DNA of 24,000 bases from contig JAPULR010000002.1 of NCBI GenBank assembly GCA_027294635.1, positions 1 through 24,000 of the forward strand, given 5' to 3'. A program made the translations under genes and the position numbers. Positions 1 to 8,012 of this stretch are shown here, piece by piece; the first letter of the stretch is position 1; each line of letters starts with the position of its first letter. The notes under the pieces are model-generated. The model was not told where the DNA came from. It saw nothing but the letters and a program-made list of their open reading frames with translations, and searched no databases. The stretch is from Chloroflexota bacterium (GTDB lineage: Bacteria > Chloroflexota > Dehalococcoidia > Lucifugimonadales > GCA-2712585).

Positions 1-1
1 C

Positions 2-601
2 ACCATTGCCAAGCGGCTGAAGCAGGGCGAGCAGCCAATTGTCGATAGCTTCAGTGGAGTGAGTGTGCTTTTTGCCGACATAGTTGGCTTTACTAGCTTG
101 TCGACTCGGAAATCTCCCAGAGAACTGATCGAGATACTGAACCAAATATTCTCAGCCTTTGATGAACTATCTGATAGGCATGGATTGGAGAAGATAAAGA
201 CCATCGGCGACGCCTATATGGTCGTTGGGGGGTTGCCTACCCCTATGGCGGACCACGCCGAATCTATCGCCGAAATGGCTCTCGACATGCAGAAGTACAT
301 AATCCGATTCAATGCTGAAACTGAACAAGAGCTTAGCATTCGGATAGGGATCAACAGCGGGCCTGTGGTTGCGGGTGTTGTCGGAACGAAGAAGTTCCTC
401 TACGATATTTGGGGCGACGTAGTCAATACTGCAGCCCGAATGGAATCCCACGGTGTTGGAGGACGAATCCAAGTGACTGAGGAGACCTACCAGCGCTTAC
501 GGCACAACTATTCCTTTGAGGACCGTGGCATTGTCGATGTGAAGGGCAAAGGGAATATGCATGTATACTTCCTCGTGGGGAGGAAAACGACTGGTATGTA
601 G
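2..601 (+). CDS. Class III adenylate cyclase catalytic domain; 5' end lies upstream of the window
   Basis: The frame of ORF 59..601 stays open back to base 2 (TIAKRLKQGEQPIVDSFSGVSVLFADIVGFT...). Metal-binding Asp motifs FADIVGFT and KTIGDAYM and the NTAARMES motif are present. The Lys (KTIGD) plus Asp (YDIWGD) pair is typical of ATP-specific cyclases. Stop TAG at 599-601. Confidence 0.85.
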   Translation, partial: TIAKRLKQGEQPIVDSFSGVSVLFADIVGFTSLSTRKSPRELIEILNQIFSAFDELSDRHGLEKIKTIGDAYMVVGGLPTPMADHAESIAEMALDMQKYIIRFNAETEQELSIRIGINSGPVVAGVVGTKKFLYDIWGDVVNTAARMESHGVGGRIQVTEETYQRLRHNYSFEDRGIVDVKGKGNMHVYFLVGRKTTGM

Positions 602-858
602 GACACGCCAGTGGGATTATTTAAGGTGAGCTAGAGGTCTATGTGGAAAACTTCAGGTTCCTAAATCGCCTGCATATGGTGCATGGCACAGCCTAATTGA
701 GTGAACGACCACTCACGAACAGCCCAATCAAGCGCGTAAGGTTTGGATCCCTCGATAGCACTTAGCTTCACACAAAAGTAGGGTCTTATCCTGCGCTAGC
801 CGTATCTCGGGGATTCTCCGGCCAGTCGTCCGAAAAAACACAGACTTTAGCTTAATCA

Positions 859-900
859 AGGAGCCTACTGATCTCCGACAGTAGGCTCCTCTTCTTTATT
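859..900 (+). terminator. Rho-independent terminator-like hairpin
   Basis: Perfect 12-bp stem AGGAGCCTACTG (859-870) / CAGTAGGCTCCT (879-890), 8-nt loop, then the T-rich tail cttctttatt. It lies 258 nt downstream of the cyclase stop. Confidence 0.5.
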
Positions 901-1233
901 CTGGTTTACGCCGATGCGTTGCTAGAGTGGGACGGTGATGTAGACCGCGCCAAAGCAATGACAGTGCTGGACGCGTCTCTGGCCATCGCCAGCGAGTTGG
1001 GCACTGGCCTTCCTCGGAAACGAACACTTGCCTTTATCCTGCTTACCAGCACAGTCCCCGGTGGGCGCTCGGTTCGCTCCCCGCCTTCATCCGGCGCTGC
1101 TGGAAGACCTTTCGTCAAGTAGAACAAAAACTTGACTTAGGTTCAGGGTATAAGTACCATCTCACTGCTTACAAGGAATATTAGCCTGCGCGTCGGTAAT
1201 ACTGAATGAAGAGCGGGGAAAGAAGGGAAAGAG

Positions 1234-1800
1234 ATGGAAGCTAGGGTAGTTAGCATATCGAGGACTCTGGCCGCAGGAGGCGAGGAAGTGGGCCGACTGG
1301 TTGCTGATGGACTGGATTTCCGTTATGTGGACGACGAAGTCATTATCCGAGCAGCAGGAGAGGCGGGCGTCTCCCCTGCCACGATCGCCCAGGTCGAACA
1401 CTCGCGGTCCCTGAGCGAACGTATAGCCGAGGCTATGTCCAGCTTCACCCGGGTCGAGGGCGCTCCGGAGCCCTGGTCTCCCCGGGTCGACCGGGAGGGT
1501 TACCAGGCGCTGATCCAATGGGTAGTCGAGGATACGGCCAATGAAGGGCAGGTGGTATTCGTAGCTCATGGCACCAGCATCACCCTAGCTACCATGAGTG
1601 GCATTCTGCGAGTCCTGGTCACAGCCTCACCCGCGGTCAGGACTGAGCGTCTCATGGCCCTGACTGATGTGGGGGAGCCACAGGCAAAAAAAGCCATCCA
1701 GGACTCAGACAGCGAACGCCTGAAATTCTTTCGGCGCTTCTATGACCTTCGTCAAGAGCTACCGACCCAATACGATCTAGTAGTGAATACGGACCGATGA
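1234..1800 (+). CDS. Cytidylate kinase-like family protein (Cytidylate_kin2-type), divergent high-GC paralog A; possibly truncated by an in-frame TGA
   Basis: N-terminus VVSISRTLAAGGEEVGRLVADGLDFRYVDDEVI, central VVFVAHGTSITLA, and C-terminal RLKFFRRFYDLRQELPTQYDLVVNTD align along the full length with ORFs 2224, 5332 and 12057. In-frame codons after TGA 1798-1800 still resemble the family C-terminus. Confidence 0.75.
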   Translation: MEARVVSISRTLAAGGEEVGRLVADGLDFRYVDDEVIIRAAGEAGVSPATIAQVEHSRSLSERIAEAMSSFTRVEGAPEPWSPRVDREGYQALIQWVVEDTANEGQVVFVAHGTSITLATMSGILRVLVTASPAVRTERLMALTDVGEPQAKKAIQDSDSERLKFFRRFYDLRQELPTQYDLVVNTDR

Positions 1801-2131
1801 ACCGTGCCAGAGGCTGTTAGTCTGATTGTGGCGGCTGCCAAGGTAGTTCGCAGGAATGGTGTCCTGCCACATGACTCCATGTAAGACGGCCCATTTTGCC
1901 ACGACCATACTGTCTTAGGCCGCCACTGGGGTGCGAAGGTGCAGACTAGAAATTGGAGGCGAGTACCTAGTGTACCGTCACCACCTTCAAACCGCGACGC
2001 TCCACCCGAGACCGGAAGTCCGGGAGTTGGTCGACCAACAATATTAAACGGTAATGCACCACCTGTGGCCGTACCACTGAGGGATTGGATGATCTAACAG
2101 TCCAACATCAACAAGTAATACACTTCTCGAT

Positions 2132-2159
2132 TTGGTAAAGTCTGCCACTTCTGTATAGT
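2132..2159 (+). promoter_or_regulatory. Candidate sigma70-type promoter upstream of paralog B
   Basis: TTGGTA (2132-2137), 16-nt spacer, TATAGT (2154-2159), about 65 nt upstream of the TTG start at 2224. Confidence 0.4.
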
Positions 2160-2223
2160 GATGGACACTTTTACAGAGTGGCCTATACACTGTACTTTGG
2201 AAGTCTAGGAATGGAGGCATTAA

Positions 2224-2850
2224 TTGGCGAATCAAAATGAGGCTAAGGCAATTTGTTTTTCGAGAAGCATGTCGTCGGATGGGGAAGAAATCGCTCGCAT
2301 CGTTGCAGAAAAGATGAGCTATCGATATGTGGACGATGAAATTATTGCCATGGCGGCAGAAAAAGAGGGTGTCTCTCCAGAAACGATTGGGAAAGTTGAA
2401 CGTCCTAGTGCGATTACTAACCGCATCCTTGAATACATGTCCCATGATTCTGGGGGAGCCTACGAGTTCATGAGCCTCGAGATGGCTCAGTCAGAGGAAT
2501 ACCGACGAATGATCGAAGATGTGATCGTTGAAACTGCTAAAACAGGGAACGTCGTAATTGTCGCCCATGGCGCTGCTATCCCGTTAGCAGATATGCCTGG
2601 CGTCTTGCGGGTATTTGTTTCGGCCTCTCAATCTAAGCGGACCAAACGACACATGGCTGAAGCTAATCGGGATGAGCAAAAAGCAAGGGAAGATATTGCC
2701 GCCTCCGATCGCCAACGTGCGGACTACTTTCAACATTTTTACGATATCAATCAAGAACTACCGACTCATTACGATATAGTTTTAAACACTGACCACCTAA
2801 CACCGTCAGTTGCTGCAGATGTTGTGGAACGTGCCGCCAGGAGGATGTAG
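2224..2850 (+). CDS. Cytidylate kinase-like family protein, paralog B
   Basis: TTG start preceded by GGAGG (cattaa spacer). Motifs ICFSRSMSSDGEEIARIVAEKMSYRYVDDEII, VVIVAHGAAIPLA and DYFQHFYDINQELPTHYDIVLNTDHLTPSVAADVV. Long near-identical DNA stretches shared with 5332..5946 and 12057..12731. Confidence 0.8.
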   Translation: MANQNEAKAICFSRSMSSDGEEIARIVAEKMSYRYVDDEIIAMAAEKEGVSPETIGKVERPSAITNRILEYMSHDSGGAYEFMSLEMAQSEEYRRMIEDVIVETAKTGNVVIVAHGAAIPLADMPGVLRVFVSASQSKRTKRHMAEANRDEQKAREDIAASDRQRADYFQHFYDINQELPTHYDIVLNTDHLTPSVAADVVERAARRM

Positions 2851-2895
2851 GAATCCGGTAGAGATATACCCATTGAGAATGAGAAGGATTTGATA

Positions 2896-3054
2896 ATGGG
2901 AAAAGGTTTGGTGATTGGAGCAACTGGGACCATCGAAAGATTGTTGGTCCCAAGACTGCTAGCCAGAGGGACCAAGGTTCGAGCATTCGTGTACAGAGAA
3001 TTTGGTCTCCCTGTCACATTCCTAAAGCCTACCTTCTTTAAGCAAGTCAGCTGA
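2896..3054 (+). pseudogene. Mini-ORF (52 aa) that looks like an internally deleted NmrA/atypical-SDR NAD(P)-binding gene
   Basis: MGKGLVIGATGTIERLLVPRLLARGTKVRAFVYRE resembles the Rossmann N-terminus (xLVxGATGxxGxxVVxxLLxRGxxVRAxxR), but the third Gly is Glu. It runs straight into a short tail (GLPVTFLKPTFF) and stops. Its TGA overlaps the next ATG (TGATG at 3052-3056). Confidence 0.4.
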
Positions 3055-4223
3055 TGGGCGCGAACACTGTTCGCGATCAATGGCCTCGCATGTTCCTAGC
3101 ATTGATCTTGTCCATTACCCTTGTGGCAACAGTAATCGCTTGTGGCGGGCAACCGGAGCAGAAGGAATTTCGCATCGGCCTGATAGCCCCGATTACGGGG
3201 GATATACCGACGACAGGACGAGCCGCCGTTGACGGAGCGACGCTTGCGGTAAAGGAGGTAAACGATGGCGGCGGCCTGGTAGTAGCCGGCGAAGCCTACC
3301 AGATCGTGCTCGTCATCGAAGATAACCAGGATAAAGCTGAGGTATCAGCGCAGGCCGTCCTCAAATTGGTTAACCAACAAAATGTCATCGCTATCGTCGG
3401 GCCTATGGCGAGCCGAAATGCTATTCCGGCGTCAACTGTGGCGGAGCGAACCAAGATTCCGATGATCAGTCCCTCGTCCACTAACCCTGCAACTACCTTA
3501 AACAAGACTTGGGTTTTCCGGGCAACCTTCATTGACCCTTTCCAGGGACAGGTCATGGCCCAGTTCGCCTGGGAGGAGTTGGACGCGCAAAAGGTTGCCG
3601 TGCTTTATGATATAGCCAGTGAATACAATCGGGGATTGGCCGAGTTTTTCAGATCCTCCTATGAAGGTTATGGTGGGGAAATGGTGGCATTCGAATCCTA
3701 CACCACCGACGCACCAGACGTGACCCAACAAATGGCACGAATCAAAGAGAGTGGGGCAGACGTGCTATTCCTTCCCAACTATCACAACGAAGTGCTAAAA
3801 CAAGTGGGTCAAGCGCGAGAAATGGGTATCAAAGCACAGATCATCGGCGGCGACACCTGGAGCTCGATACAAGGCGCTGATCGTTCGGCCGTAGAAGGAT
3901 CCTACTTCAGTACCCACTATGCAGTGGACGTTGCTGACGAGAAAGCCCAGGGATTTGTCACCAGGTTTCAGGAAGCCTACGGCCGGGACCCTGAAGATAA
4001 CGCCGCACTGACCTATGATTCTTTTGGCCTACTGTTCAAGGCGGTTAAGGATCAAGGTAAAGTGGACCCGGACGCCATTCGTGACGGTCTAGCGGCCATC
4101 GTCTACAGGGGCGTCACTGGAACAATTGAATATGGCATAGGTAGTGGTGATCCACTAAAGAGCGCCGTGATCATGGAGATTAAGGATGGAAATTTTGTTT
4201 TCCACTCGCGCGCTGAACCGTAG
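3054..4223 (+). CDS. ABC-transporter periplasmic solute-binding lipoprotein, LivK/branched-chain amino-acid type (Peripla_BP_6-like)
   Basis: Signal peptide with lipobox (LVATVIAC-GG), then FRIGLIAPITGDIPTTGRAAVDGATLAVKEVN...VIAIVGPMASRNA...IPMISPSSTNP, typical of the family. No strong SD; an alternative start at Met 3090 is possible. No permease or ATPase genes in the window. Confidence 0.85.
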   Translation: MGANTVRDQWPRMFLALILSITLVATVIACGGQPEQKEFRIGLIAPITGDIPTTGRAAVDGATLAVKEVNDGGGLVVAGEAYQIVLVIEDNQDKAEVSAQAVLKLVNQQNVIAIVGPMASRNAIPASTVAERTKIPMISPSSTNPATTLNKTWVFRATFIDPFQGQVMAQFAWEELDAQKVAVLYDIASEYNRGLAEFFRSSYEGYGGEMVAFESYTTDAPDVTQQMARIKESGADVLFLPNYHNEVLKQVGQAREMGIKAQIIGGDTWSSIQGADRSAVEGSYFSTHYAVDVADEKAQGFVTRFQEAYGRDPEDNAALTYDSFGLLFKAVKDQGKVDPDAIRDGLAAIVYRGVTGTIEYGIGSGDPLKSAVIMEIKDGNFVFHSRAEP

Positions 4224-4304
4224 GCTCAATGGTGTCGCCTGCCCAATCCGACTCTTAATAATTCGCTCTTACCAATGTCTTTTAACACGAAGTAATATTG
4301 AATT

Positions 4305-5162
4305 ATGCGATTTGAAGTTACCCATCTCACGAAGTTCATTTACAGTCGTCCCGTTTTCTTAGAACCCCATGAGGTAAGATTGCGGCCACGATGTGATAGT
4401 TGGCAAAATCTTCTTAGCTTCAAAATACATGTCGATCCATCACCAGCTGGCATAACTCATAACATTGATCTCCATAATAACTCTTCCACTCGAATGTGGT
4501 TTAACGGAACCCATAAATCTCTCATCATTACAACCGCCTTTAGTGTGGAGACTCTACGAACAGACCCTTTCGATTTCATTGTTGATTCTCAGGCTCTTGT
4601 ATTACCCGTAAACTATTCTGATGAAGACTCTGACTCCTTGGCCCCTTTCCGAGAAGTTTCAAACTTTTCTGTTGATGTAAAGAATCTAGCTAAGTCCATC
4701 TCCAACGATGCTAAAAATGAAACGCTCGCATTTCTTGTGTCTCTAAACCAGCGAATTCACGAGACAATTGAGCCTATATTTCGCGCTGTAGGTGATCCAT
4801 GGCCTGCATCGACGACACTTGAAAAAAGGAAAGGTTCTTGCCGAGATCAGTCGGTTCTTTTCATTGCTGTCTGCCGAACTGTTGGATTGGCGGCGCGATT
4901 TGTCAGTGGTTATCAGGAAGGCGACTATCAGCGAGCGAAGCGAGAATTACATGCATGGGCAGAAGTATATCTGCCTGGAGCTGGTTGGCGCGGCTATGAT
5001 CCAATGAGCGGACTAGTAATTTCCGACCGTCACGTTGCGGTCGCTTCGGGACACATCCCAAGCGCCGCAGCCCCGACATCCGGTACATTCCGGGGCACAA
5101 ACGTGGAATCTACTATGCGCACACAAATCGACATCGAAGTTCAGCCTGTCCGCCAAGTCTAA
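4305..5162 (+). CDS. Transglutaminase-family protein (Bact_transglu_N plus transglutaminase core)
   Basis: N-terminus MRFEVTHLTKFIYSRPVFLEPHEVRLRPR is typical of the bacterial N-terminal domain. Catalytic triad context GSCRDQSVLFIAVCRTVGLAARFVSGY (Cys), HAWAEVYLPGAGWRGYDP (His, Asp). Confidence 0.85.
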   Translation: MRFEVTHLTKFIYSRPVFLEPHEVRLRPRCDSWQNLLSFKIHVDPSPAGITHNIDLHNNSSTRMWFNGTHKSLIITTAFSVETLRTDPFDFIVDSQALVLPVNYSDEDSDSLAPFREVSNFSVDVKNLAKSISNDAKNETLAFLVSLNQRIHETIEPIFRAVGDPWPASTTLEKRKGSCRDQSVLFIAVCRTVGLAARFVSGYQEGDYQRAKRELHAWAEVYLPGAGWRGYDPMSGLVISDRHVAVASGHIPSAAAPTSGTFRGTNVESTMRTQIDIEVQPVRQV

Positions 5163-5177
5163 GGTACGACTGTAGAT

Positions 5178-5206
5178 TTGACATTTCACTGTAGCAGTGA
5201 TAATTT
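5178..5206 (+). promoter_or_regulatory. Candidate sigma70-type promoter upstream of paralog C
   Basis: TTGACA (5178-5183), 17-nt spacer ending in TGa, TAATTT (5201-5206). About 125 nt upstream of ATG 5332. Confidence 0.35.
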
Positions 5207-5331
5207 CCAACGGCTGTCATCCAATGATACTTGGTGCATCCAATAGCTCAGTAGCTAAAAGGATTGACGGGCAGAATTTAAGAGTAATCTGAGATCGGAA
5301 ATCTTGGGAAACCGAACAAAGGAGAGTCGCA

Positions 5332-5946
5332 ATGGACAACGGGGCAATTTGTTTTTCGAGAAGCATGTCATCGGGAGGGGAAGAGATCGCTAGCATCGTT
5401 GCAGAAAAGATGAGCTATCGCTATGTAGACGATAATATTATCACCATAGCGGCAGAAAAAGGGGGAGTCACTCCGGAAACGATTGGGAAAGTTGAACGTT
5501 CTAGCGAGATGATTAACCGCATCCTTGGATATATGTCCCATGATACTGGGAGATCCAACCATTTCACGAGCATCCGGATGGGTCAGTCAGAGGAATACCG
5601 ACAATTGATCCAAGAAGTGGTCGTTGAAACTGCCAAATCAGGGAAGGTCGTAATCGTTGCTCATGGCGCTGCCATCCCGCTAGCAGATATGGCTCGCGTT
5701 TTGCGGGTATTTGTTACTGCCTCTCAATCGAACCGAACCAAACGACACATGAGCACATCGAACGTGGATGAGCAAAAAGCAAGGGAAGATATCGCTGCCT
5801 CTGATCGCCAACGTGCGGAGTACTTTCGAAACTTCTACGATATCAATCTAGAACTACCGACTCATTACGACATAGTACTGAACACTGACCACATTACACC
5901 GTCAGTTGCTGCAGATGTAGTGGTAAGTGCCGCCAGGGGGATGTAG
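5332..5946 (+). CDS. Cytidylate kinase-like family protein, paralog C
   Basis: SD aaaGGAGAg 8 nt upstream of the ATG. ICFSRSMSSGGEEIASIVAEKMSYRYVDDNII...VVIVAHGAAIPLA...ELPTHYDIVLNTDHITPSVAADVV. 111/120 nt identical between 5701-5820 and 12447-12566 (hand alignment). Confidence 0.85.
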   Translation: MDNGAICFSRSMSSGGEEIASIVAEKMSYRYVDDNIITIAAEKGGVTPETIGKVERSSEMINRILGYMSHDTGRSNHFTSIRMGQSEEYRQLIQEVVVETAKSGKVVIVAHGAAIPLADMARVLRVFVTASQSNRTKRHMSTSNVDEQKAREDIAASDRQRAEYFRNFYDINLELPTHYDIVLNTDHITPSVAADVVVSAARGM

Positions 5947-6066
5947 GACTCCTCATAGTTGAGGATATGTAACCCAGCACATCAAAAACCGACAGGGGCC
6001 TCAGGCAGATCTTTCGGAAGCAGCGGCATCCGAATTGCGAGTTGTTGCAGGGGGCGGAGGACTTTG

Positions 6067-6411
6067 CTAAAGTGATTTTGCTCCACGTTCGGCAGTATCG
6101 ATACGAACCGCATCTAATATCCGGCTTACAAAAATTCGGCCGTCACCTGCTTTGCCCGTTGCTGCAGAGTCTATAATGAAACCTATCACCTTATCAGTGT
6201 CCTCGTCCGAGACCACGATTTCCAATTTTATTTTGGAAAGAGTAGGATCTACATAGGTCCCGGTGCCTCGGCTGGACGTCCTACTAGAGCCCGGGTTATC
6301 TCCTTGACCTAAGATACGAGTCACAGTCATCCCTTTAAACCCAGCATCGTTCAGAGCTATTTGAACACTAGTTAATTTCTCCGGTCTAATGATAGCTTCT
6401 ATCTTATTCAC
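6067..6411 (-). CDS. P-II family nitrogen-regulatory protein (GlnB/GlnK-like) with a non-canonical, longer T-loop
   Basis: GTG start with AGGAGG 5 nt upstream. MNKIEAIIRPEKL...GMTVT...KIKLEIVV...TGKAGDGRIFV...RIDT matches the P-II core and B-loop. The T-loop reads GQGDNPGSSRTSSRGTGTYVD in place of the GFGRQKGHTELYRGAEY consensus. Confidence 0.85.
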   Translation of the reverse strand: MNKIEAIIRPEKLTSVQIALNDAGFKGMTVTRILGQGDNPGSSRTSSRGTGTYVDPTLSKIKLEIVVSDEDTDKVIGFIIDSAATGKAGDGRIFVSRILDAVRIDTAERGAKSL

Positions 6412-6704
6412 GGAAACCTCCTATCGTCGCCACTTAAGACCGTGCTCAATCCAGAAATTTGCCTTTTAGATCTCAACTTTTCAAACGTATACGGAAGGCT
6501 CCAGCCCTTATGGTAGCTCAGAAGTCAATATAAGGCTTCCTTTGTTGATCTGCAAGTTGGTTGATCTCCCGCAATAAAGTCGTATGCGCCTCCGAATAGG
6601 TTAGGCCGGTTTTTACTCGAACCCAATAGCCTGCGCAGTATTCAACAATCGTGCGTTAAGATTGTGCCGTCATGAACCAACTTTGACCGACTAACTATCA
6701 CAAA

Positions 6705-6733
6705 TTGCCAGCGAAATCTATTTTCATTATAAT
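6705..6733 (+). promoter_or_regulatory. Candidate sigma70-type promoter for the GSII gene
   Basis: TTGCCA (6705-6710), exactly 17 nt spacer, TATAAT (6728-6733). Downstream SD AGGAGGAGG (6753-6761) and ATG at 6770. Confidence 0.5.
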
Positions 6734-6769
6734 CCCCTATGTTCAAGTTAATAGGAGGAGGTTATCTAG

Positions 6770-7783
6770 ATGGATGTTCGGAGAGCTGAATACATATGGA
6801 TAGATGGAACCACACCTACGGCTAAACTCAGATCAAAGACAAAAATAATCCCATTGGATGAAGACCCGCCTATTTGGGGGTTTGATGGTTCGAGTACAAA
6901 TCAGGCCCCGGGGAACCGATCTGATTGTGTTTTGAGGCCGGTATTCAACTGTCCTGATCCCACGAGGAAAGATCCTAATGGGCTGCTGGTGATGACGGAA
7001 GTGCTGCTGCCCGAGATGACACCGCATTCAACCAACACGCGGGCTGCTTGCGAGGCGGCATCCAAGACCTATGCTGAGATGGAAACTGTTTTCGGCATTG
7101 AACAGGAATACACTTTCTTCAGAGGTATGAGGCCACTTGGATTTCCTGAACACGGATTCCCTCCTCCGCAGGGCGGGTACTACTGCGGTGTCGGTGCAGA
7201 CGAGGTTTTTGGTCGTGATGCTGTAGAGGCCCATTTAGACGCATGTCTCAGAGCTGGGCTTAAGATATTCGGCATCAACGCTGAGGTGATGCCAGGACAG
7301 TGGGAATTTCAGATTGGTACTTTGCCGGCTCTAGATGTTTCTGACCAACTATGGGTAGCCAGGTGGCTTCTATATAGAGTTTCGGAAGAATTTGGGATCA
7401 ACGCTACTTTGTACCCCAAACCTGCTCGGGGCGACTGGAACGGAGCAGGCGCCCATACTAATTTCTCTACTAGGAAAATGCGCTCTAGCTACGAAGCATG
7501 CATCGATGCTGCTGAAGCCCTTGGGAAAACACACGATTTGCACATCGAGAATTACGGATTCGGAATAGAGGAGAGGCTGACGGGTCTGCATGAAACCAGT
7601 TCGTACAAGGAATTCCGATATGGGGTTTCAGATCGTGGCGCCTCCATCCGTATCCCTTGGCAGGTGGAGGTTGAAGGCAGGGGCTATATAGAAGATCGTC
7701 GTCCCAATGCAAATATGGATCCCTACGTAGTCACACGCCTGATATTAGAGACGATCGGTACTCATTCCAAAATCGCAGCTTAA
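6770..7783 (+). CDS. glnII: Glutamine synthetase type II (eukaryote-like GSII)
   Basis: AEYIWIDGTTPTAKLRSKTKII N-terminus, GIEQEYTFF, GQWEFQIG, and KPARGDWNGAGAHTNFST (ATP-binding signature). The 337-aa length fits bacterial GSII, not the roughly 470-aa GSI. Confidence 0.9.
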   Translation: MDVRRAEYIWIDGTTPTAKLRSKTKIIPLDEDPPIWGFDGSSTNQAPGNRSDCVLRPVFNCPDPTRKDPNGLLVMTEVLLPEMTPHSTNTRAACEAASKTYAEMETVFGIEQEYTFFRGMRPLGFPEHGFPPPQGGYYCGVGADEVFGRDAVEAHLDACLRAGLKIFGINAEVMPGQWEFQIGTLPALDVSDQLWVARWLLYRVSEEFGINATLYPKPARGDWNGAGAHTNFSTRKMRSSYEACIDAAEALGKTHDLHIENYGFGIEERLTGLHETSSYKEFRYGVSDRGASIRIPWQVEVEGRGYIEDRRPNANMDPYVVTRLILETIGTHSKIAA

Positions 7784-7861
7784 CTGTCGACTACGTATCC
7801 CGGCTGAAACAATCTTGGCTGAATGAGATTAGCCCTGCTGTTATCTGGTAAGTGACCCTAC

Positions 7862-7900
7862 AAACCATTGGCGCTCTAATTAGAGCGCCAATGGTTTTAT
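7862..7900. terminator. Bidirectional rho-independent terminator between convergent glnII and the MBL hydrolase gene
   Basis: 36-nt perfect palindrome AAACCATTGGCGCTCTAA|TTAGAGCGCCAATGGTTT (7862-7897), followed by a T run on the + strand (GGTTTTAT). Confidence 0.7.
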
Positions 7901-8012
7901 AACTATCGGATGATCATCTGTCCTAAGAATTAAGATTTCAAGTCTTACCAACCCAAACTGATTGTATTGGACCGAATTGATAACCCGCAATATCCATGGG
8001 TCTAGAAAACCG

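Noticed and set aside
906-1127. Overlapping 67-aa (+) and 73-aa (-) ORFs in a high-GC patch
   Set aside because: The + frame ends like the C-terminus of TPR-type signalling ATPases (LDASLAIASELG), so it may be a gene relic. The match is short and from memory only, and there is no start/SD context, so it is not reported as a feature.
2044-2445. 133-aa minus-strand ORF overlapping the start of paralog B, and analogous ORFs at 5368..5562 and 12081..12308
   Set aside because: These are antisense shadows of the conserved N-terminal region of the paralogs. They recur only because the sense sequence is duplicated, and they have no SD or motif support.
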